A stretch of 55,682 bases of DNA from Alphaproteobacteria bacterium. Its GTDB lineage: Bacteria; Pseudomonadota; Alphaproteobacteria; ATCC43930; CGMCC-115725. The DNA lies in NCBI GenBank assembly GCA_030042035.1, contig JASIAN010000067.1, forward strand, positions 1 to 55,682. Direction: 5' to 3'. The translations under genes and the position numbers were made by a program. Under the pieces are notes generated by a model. It was not told where the DNA came from, ran no database searches, and saw only the letters and a list, made by a program, of their open reading frames with translations. Shown here piece after piece: positions 49,660 through 55,682 of this stretch (positions within the stretch are counted from its first letter, which is position 1; every line of letters begins with the position of its first letter).

Positions 49660-50814
49660 TCAGCCGAGCCGGCTCTGCCCGAACCGGCTGACCAGCACGT
49701 CGCGATGGATGCCGACATTCATCAACAGCCCGAACCCCCACATGACCGTCAGCATTGCCGTGCCGCCATAGGAAACCAGCGGCAGCGGCACCCCGACGAC
49801 CGGGATCAGCCCCATCACCATCGCCATATTGATAAACGCGTAGAGAGAGAAATTGACGGCAATGCCGAGGCCGAGCAGACGGCCGAACTGGCTGCGGCTC
49901 CTCAGCGCGATCGCGAACGCGTAAGCAAGGACCAGAATGTACAGCGACAGCAACACCAACCCGCCGACCAAACCCAGTTCCTCGGCGATCATCGTGAAGA
50001 TGAAGTCGGTCTGCTTCTCCGGCAGAAAGCTCAGATGGCTTTGCGTGCCGTGGAGAAAGCCCTTGCCGAACAAGCCGCCGGAGCCGAACGCGATCTTCGA
50101 TTGCAGGATATGATAGCCGGCGCCGAGCGGATCACGTTCGGGGTTGAGAAATGTCAAAAGCCGCGTCTTCTGATAGGGGCGCAGCACCGACCAGGCGAAT
50201 GGTGCCGCCGCCGCGGCAGCGAGCACGCCCGTCCCGAACAGCCAAAGACGGACCCCGGCCAGATAAAATAGGACGGCGCCGGCGGCAAGCAGCGTCATCG
50301 CGGTGCCGAGATCGGGCTGCTTTAACACCAGCGCCGTCGGCACCGCAATCAGGCCCGCGGGCACCAGCAGATAGCGCAGCCGCGGCGGCCCTTCGTCGGG
50401 GACGCAGTGGAAATAGCGGGCGAGCGCCAGCACCAGCGCAAGCTTCATCATTTCCGACGGCTGCAGCTGGAAGCCGCCGAGATTGATCCAGCGCTGGGCG
50501 CCGAGCCCCGTGCGGCCGTGCAGATCGACGACGACGACGAGCGCGAGCGCGCCGGCATAGAGCCAATAGGCGCCGCGAAACCAATAGCGTATGTCGATCA
50601 ATGCCGCCGCGATCATCGGGATCAAGGCGATCGCGAAGCGGCTCATCTGGCGCGACGCCCACGGTGAGATGTTGCCGTTCGCCGCCGAATAGAGCATCGC
50701 GAAGCCGACGCTGGAGATCAGCGCGATCAGCAGCACCAGTCCCCATTGCAGGTTGCGGATTTTGTTGGCCAGCGTCAGTTCGCGCCGGCCGATCTCGGGA
50801 GAAAGGTTCGTCAC
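49660..50814 (-). CDS. rodA: Rod-shape-determining SEDS peptidoglycan polymerase RodA
   Basis: LQWGLVLLIALISSVGFAMLYSA...QRWINLGGFQLQPSEMMKLALVLALARYF...GGTAM is the FtsW/RodA family pattern. GTG start 1 nt after the mrdA stop. Confidence 0.95.
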   Translation of the reverse strand: MTNLSPEIGRRELTLANKIRNLQWGLVLLIALISSVGFAMLYSAANGNISPWASRQMSRFAIALIPMIAAALIDIRYWFRGAYWLYAGALALVVVVDLHGRTGLGAQRWINLGGFQLQPSEMMKLALVLALARYFHCVPDEGPPRLRYLLVPAGLIAVPTALVLKQPDLGTAMTLLAAGAVLFYLAGVRLWLFGTGVLAAAAAAPFAWSVLRPYQKTRLLTFLNPERDPLGAGYHILQSKIAFGSGGLFGKGFLHGTQSHLSFLPEKQTDFIFTMIAEELGLVGGLVLLSLYILVLAYAFAIALRSRSQFGRLLGLGIAVNFSLYAFINMAMVMGLIPVVGVPLPLVSYGGTAMLTVMWGFGLLMNVGIHRDVLVSRFGQSRLG

Positions 50815-50815
50815 G

Positions 50816-52750
50816 TCAGCCCGAGCGCGCGATCACCGACGGCGGCGGCGCAGCGGCCGAGGGAGCGGTCGGCGGCGCGGGCGCTGCCGGCGCGGGAAGC
50901 GGCACTCGGCGGGCCGGATCGCGTTTCTGCGCTTCGAGCAGCACGTCGGCGACGATCGGCGCCGCCACCGCACCGCCCTCCCCGCCCTGCGTCCCGCCGT
51001 GCTCGACCACCGCGGCGGCGACATAGCGCGGCGCATAGGCCGGCGCGAAACCGACGAACAGCGCGTGATCGCGGTCCTTCCACGGCACCTTGGCGCCCGT
51101 CAGGATGTGATGCTCGCGATCGTAGGCGGTGATCCGATGAACCTGCGAGGTACCGGTCTTGCCGCCCATCGCATATTCGGAATCCTTGATGCGCGCATGG
51201 TAGGCGGTGCCGTGCGGCTCGTTGACGACGGCGATCATTGCTGAGATCACCAGCGCGATGTTTTCCGGGCTGACGTCCAGCGGCGCGAAATCCGGCGGCG
51301 CCTTATCGCCGCCTGGCGGCATGCGTCCCTGCGGGCGCACGACATGCGGCACGATCGCCCGCCCGGTCACGAGCCGCGCCGCCATCGTCGCCAGTTGCAG
51401 CGGCGTCACCAGCACAAATCCCTGGCCGATGCCGGTGATCAGTGTCTCGCCCTTCTGCCACGGTATGCCGAACCTCGCGCGTTTCCATTCGCGCGTCGGG
51501 ATCAGCCCGCCGAGCTCCCCCGGAATGTCGAGGCCGAGCGGTGCGCCATAGCCGAAGCGATGCGCCATTGCAGCGATGTTGTCGATGCCGGTGCGGCGCG
51601 CCGTCTCGTAAAAGAAGACGTCGCACGATTCCTTGATCGCCTCGTGCAGGCGCAGCGTGCCGTGACCGCCGTGCTTCCAGCAATGAAAAAGCGCGTTGCC
51701 GAGCCGCAGATAGCCGGGGCAGAAGATTTCGGTCTCCGGGGTGAGCGCGCCGACCGCCAGCGCGGCCAGCGCGACCGTCGGCTTGAACGTCGAGCCGGGC
51801 GGGTACATGCCGGCAATCGCTTTGTCGATCAGCGGCTTGCGCGGGTCGTTTGCGAGTTCCTGCCAGGCCGCCTCGGTGAGGCCGCGCGAGAACAGCATCG
51901 GGTCGTAGCTGGGGCTCGAGGCCAGCGCCAGGACGTCGCCGGTCGGCGCGTCGAGCAGCGCGCACGAGACGCTGGGCTCGGCAGCGCAGCGCGCCATCGC
52001 GAAGCGCTGCATCGCCATATCGAGGCCGACCGTCACGTCTTCGCCGGGCTGTCCCGGTTGCCGCGCCAGTTCGCGTATCACCCTTCCGTAGGCGTTGACC
52101 TCGACTTCGCTGGTGCCGGCGGTGCCGCGCAGCTGCAGGTCGTCGGCCTTTTCAACGCCGGCCTTGCCGATGCGGAAATCGGGCAATTCGAGCAGCGGAT
52201 TACCGTTGAGATCTTGCTGCGACGGTTTGCCGACATAGCCGAGCGGATGCGACGCGATCGCGCCGTCAGGATAATAGCGGATCAACCCTTGCTCGATCGC
52301 GACCCCGGCAAGCTCGGGGATTGCGACCTCGATTTTCGCCATCTCGTCCCAGCTGAGGTCGCCGCGCACCTCCAGCGGTATAAAGGCGTGCTGCTGCCGC
52401 GCTTGGCGCAGCAGCCGGCGGCGATCGTCCGCACTGAGGCCGATCAAGGAACCCAGCGCCGCAAGCGTCGCCGCCAGATCGCTGGTGTCTTCGGGCACGA
52501 CGACAACCCGGAAATTGTGCTTGTTATCGGCCATCGCGACGCCGAACCGGTCGAAGATGCGACCACGAGGCGGCGCCAGGAGGCGCAGATTGATGCGATT
52601 TTCGTCGGACAGCAGCGTGTAGCGGGCCTTGTCCGCGACCTGCAGCTGATACATGCGGGCAACGAGCGCCGCAGCAACCGCCAACTGCCCGCCGCCGAGC
52701 AATATCGCCCGCCGGGTCAGCAGCTTGTCGCGCTGTGTGTCGCGCGGCAT
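50816..52750 (-). CDS. mrdA: Penicillin-binding protein 2 (elongasome transpeptidase)
   Basis: ENRINLRLLAPPRGRIFDRFG, the active-site STFKP and KTGT, positioned between mreD and rodA. Confidence 0.95.
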   Translation of the reverse strand: MPRDTQRDKLLTRRAILLGGGQLAVAAALVARMYQLQVADKARYTLLSDENRINLRLLAPPRGRIFDRFGVAMADNKHNFRVVVVPEDTSDLAATLAALGSLIGLSADDRRRLLRQARQQHAFIPLEVRGDLSWDEMAKIEVAIPELAGVAIEQGLIRYYPDGAIASHPLGYVGKPSQQDLNGNPLLELPDFRIGKAGVEKADDLQLRGTAGTSEVEVNAYGRVIRELARQPGQPGEDVTVGLDMAMQRFAMARCAAEPSVSCALLDAPTGDVLALASSPSYDPMLFSRGLTEAAWQELANDPRKPLIDKAIAGMYPPGSTFKPTVALAALAVGALTPETEIFCPGYLRLGNALFHCWKHGGHGTLRLHEAIKESCDVFFYETARRTGIDNIAAMAHRFGYGAPLGLDIPGELGGLIPTREWKRARFGIPWQKGETLITGIGQGFVLVTPLQLATMAARLVTGRAIVPHVVRPQGRMPPGGDKAPPDFAPLDVSPENIALVISAMIAVVNEPHGTAYHARIKDSEYAMGGKTGTSQVHRITAYDREHHILTGAKVPWKDRDHALFVGFAPAYAPRYVAAAVVEHGGTQGGEGGAVAAPIVADVLLEAQKRDPARRVPLPAPAAPAPPTAPSAAAPPPSVIARSG

Positions 52751-52777
52751 CGCTCGTCCGTCAGCGGCGCCGCGTCA

Positions 52778-53311
52778 TCAGCCGGCGCCCATCAGCGCCC
52801 GCTGGGTGCGCCCCAGGACAAAGCTCGCCGCCGGGAAGATTGCGATCGTCAAAACCGTGCGGAACACCGCCGCCCGGAAGCCGGAAAGGCTCAGCTGCAA
52901 CAGGCAATGCAGCGTCCACAGGCCAAACATCGCGGTTATCGTGAGGAGCGTAAAGCCGCTCCACACGAAGGGAAAGGTGCGGTTGATGATGAAGTGCCGG
53001 CGCTGGCGCAGCACCGCCGCGCGCGCGAGCAGCAGCAACAGCGCATTGACGCCGACCGGACCGCCGGTCAAGAGGTCTTCGGCGAACCCGACGACAAACA
53101 GGCCGGCCGGCGGTAAGAGGTCGGGCCGGTAGATCGTCCAATGGTACACTGCCATCAGCGCGAAGGCCGGGGTCAGCGTCGCATAACCCGGAATGCGCAC
53201 CGGCAGCACCGCGAGCAGCACCGCGGCGACCGTTGTCGCGATCGGCAGCATCCGGGCGATGCCGCTGTTGACCCGCGGCAGCGACGGAATGCTGGAAACG
53301 CGCAGCGCCAT
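52778..53311 (-). CDS. mreD: Rod-shape-determining protein MreD
   Basis: Small polytopic membrane protein in the mreC-mreD-mrdA position, with the typical ...FVVGFAEDLLTGGPVGVNAL. Confidence 0.85.
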   Translation of the reverse strand: MALRVSSIPSLPRVNSGIARMLPIATTVAAVLLAVLPVRIPGYATLTPAFALMAVYHWTIYRPDLLPPAGLFVVGFAEDLLTGGPVGVNALLLLLARAAVLRQRRHFIINRTFPFVWSGFTLLTITAMFGLWTLHCLLQLSLSGFRAAVFRTVLTIAIFPAASFVLGRTQRALMGAG

Positions 53312-53315
53312 CGCT

Positions 53316-54209
53316 TCAGCGCACTGCTGCCGCGAGAGCGGTCGGCCGAGCGTGCCGGCGATGTCCGGCGCTGGCCGGCACCGGCTGCGGCAGGTCGCGC
53401 GCCAAGCCGTAGTTGACGACCATCACATAACCGAGCTGCGACAATCCGACAAATGGTTCGACCCGCGCACCCTCCGGGTCGAGCGCCGAGACGACCCCGA
53501 CCGGTAGATCGGGCGGGAACAGGCCGCCCTCGCCGGAGGTCACGACGCGCTCGCCGATCTTGATGCGGTCCGGCGGCACCGCGTAAATGAGACGCGGCCG
53601 CTCGGAATTGTCGCCCGCCAGCACCGCCGCCGCCGGCGCGCCGTCGACGATAACGGGAATGCGCGAATTGAGATCGGTGATCAACAGCACGCGCGCGGCG
53701 CGTTCGCCGACTTCGGTCAGCCGGCCGACCAGGCCTTGGCCGGCGATCACCGCCTGGCCACGCGCCAGCCCCTCTTTTGAACCGGCGTCGATCAGGGCAG
53801 TGCGCACATAACCGCCGCCAGAATCGGCGATGACGCGCGCCGTGACATAAGACAAGGCGGGGTTCGGCACGACCCGCAACAACTGGCGCAGCTCGCGATT
53901 TTGCTCGGCCAATCGCAGAGCGGCCTGTTGCCATTGCAGCAGCCGCGCATTGTCGCTTTCAAGGCGCAGATTGTCTTGATACATCTCGACGACCCCACGC
54001 ACCCGATCGACCGCCGTCGCGGCGAGCACGAGCGGGCGCGACAGGGCGCCGAGCACCGGCCCGGCATCGTCCGCTAGCGCGATCCGCAGCGGCGCGAACA
54101 TCCTCTCGTCCGCTCTGCCGAGAACGATGATAACCGCAGCCAACAGCACGAGAAGCAGTGGCGCGGCGCGCTGGATCGTCGCGCGCAGCTGCGTCGGCGA
54201 GCGATACAC
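53316..54209 (-). CDS. mreC: Rod-shape-determining protein MreC
   Basis: N-terminal TM helix, a coiled coil (ENARLLQWQQAALRLAEQNRELRQLL) and beta domains (GQAVIAGQGLVGRLTEVG...VVTSGEGGLFPPDLPVG). Confidence 0.92.
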   Translation of the reverse strand: MYRSPTQLRATIQRAAPLLLVLLAAVIIVLGRADERMFAPLRIALADDAGPVLGALSRPLVLAATAVDRVRGVVEMYQDNLRLESDNARLLQWQQAALRLAEQNRELRQLLRVVPNPALSYVTARVIADSGGGYVRTALIDAGSKEGLARGQAVIAGQGLVGRLTEVGERAARVLLITDLNSRIPVIVDGAPAAAVLAGDNSERPRLIYAVPPDRIKIGERVVTSGEGGLFPPDLPVGVVSALDPEGARVEPFVGLSQLGYVMVVNYGLARDLPQPVPASAGHRRHARPTALAAAVR

Positions 54210-54330
54210 CGCTTTCCCCCGTCAAATACCGACCGACGGCCGAACGCTTCGATCCGGCCGGCGTTGCGACACCGTTTTTATCATATTCCCCCCGACCCCC
54301 CGGTTCGGTAGCAACCTAGAACAAAGATTC

Positions 54331-55437
<1,107 letters not shown>

Positions 55438-55682
55438 TCATTTCGTCGAATCAATAACATGACCCGCCGCAGCCGACGATGGAAAGGTGCACGCGCGGCG
55501 GATGCGAGCATGAACGCGGTCGATCTCCCCCGAAGCGATCGGTCGATCCTTGCGGATCGCCGCAGCCATTTCAAGCAGTGCGTGTCCCGGGCAATCATCT
55601 TTCTGCCAAATCCTTGAAAAATCGCTTACCATCGCGACGCCGCGCGGCATGAAAGAGGGGATGCAGATTGCTGCTCGCTGAC

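Noticed and set aside
55438-55650. 70-aa minus-strand ORF (and the overlapping 55368-55598 ORF) upstream of mreB
   Set aside because: It is short, has atypically low GC3 for this genome, and has no motif or RBS. More likely it is the mreB 5' leader/promoter region. I also could not support a gene entering from the right edge.

Overview
Very GC-rich chromosomal segment with alphaproteobacterial (Hyphomicrobiales/Rhizobiales-like) hallmarks: a GAAC-N7-GAAC SOS box in front of lexA, two TTAA-N7-TTAAC CtrA-type boxes, ccmAB, an mreBCD-mrdA-rodA operon and a 'cattgcgagcgaagcgaagc' palindromic intergenic repeat. I support about 46 protein-coding genes. I could not recognise any rRNA, tRNA or CRISPR array by eye. 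Most of the window is housekeeping: lexA, HtrA protease, cbpAM, ccmAB, pyrF, a thiolase, a CDF metal exporter, an ATM1-type ABC exporter and the cell-shape operon. The most interesting content is as follows. (1) 17.0-25.8 kb holds a 2460-aa single-module, fully reducing, FAS/MAS-like type I PKS (KS-AT-DH-pseudoMT-ER-KR-ACP) with no thioesterase. Its stop lies 4 nt before an alpha-oxoamine synthase gene, and the pair converges on a Wza-like exporter plus a GT4 glycosyltransferase. This resembles rkpA/rkpG and predicts an amino-lipid (sphingoid-like) product of undefined structure. (2) 6.4-9.8 kb holds a two-gene operon: an HlyD-like periplasmic adaptor plus a processive cellulose-synthase-like GT2 with a canonical C-terminal PilZ domain and no BcsB. 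It resembles bgsBA, has a perfect CtrA box upstream and has an IS1380-family transposase relic beside it. (3) A tandem pair of orphan Flp pilin genes encodes identical mature peptides through ten synonymous differences, behind the second CtrA box. (4) A decayed second copy of the 3' end of the nicotinate-PRTase-like gene brackets a two-gene TAT-subunit/GMC-oxidoreductase module. It is followed by tandem paralog pairs: two MFS transporters and two mandelate-racemase-subgroup enzymes whose KxK motif reads KxQ. All long antisense ORFs in the track were rejected as GC-driven shadows. Functions come from reading motifs and recalling families, not from database searches.
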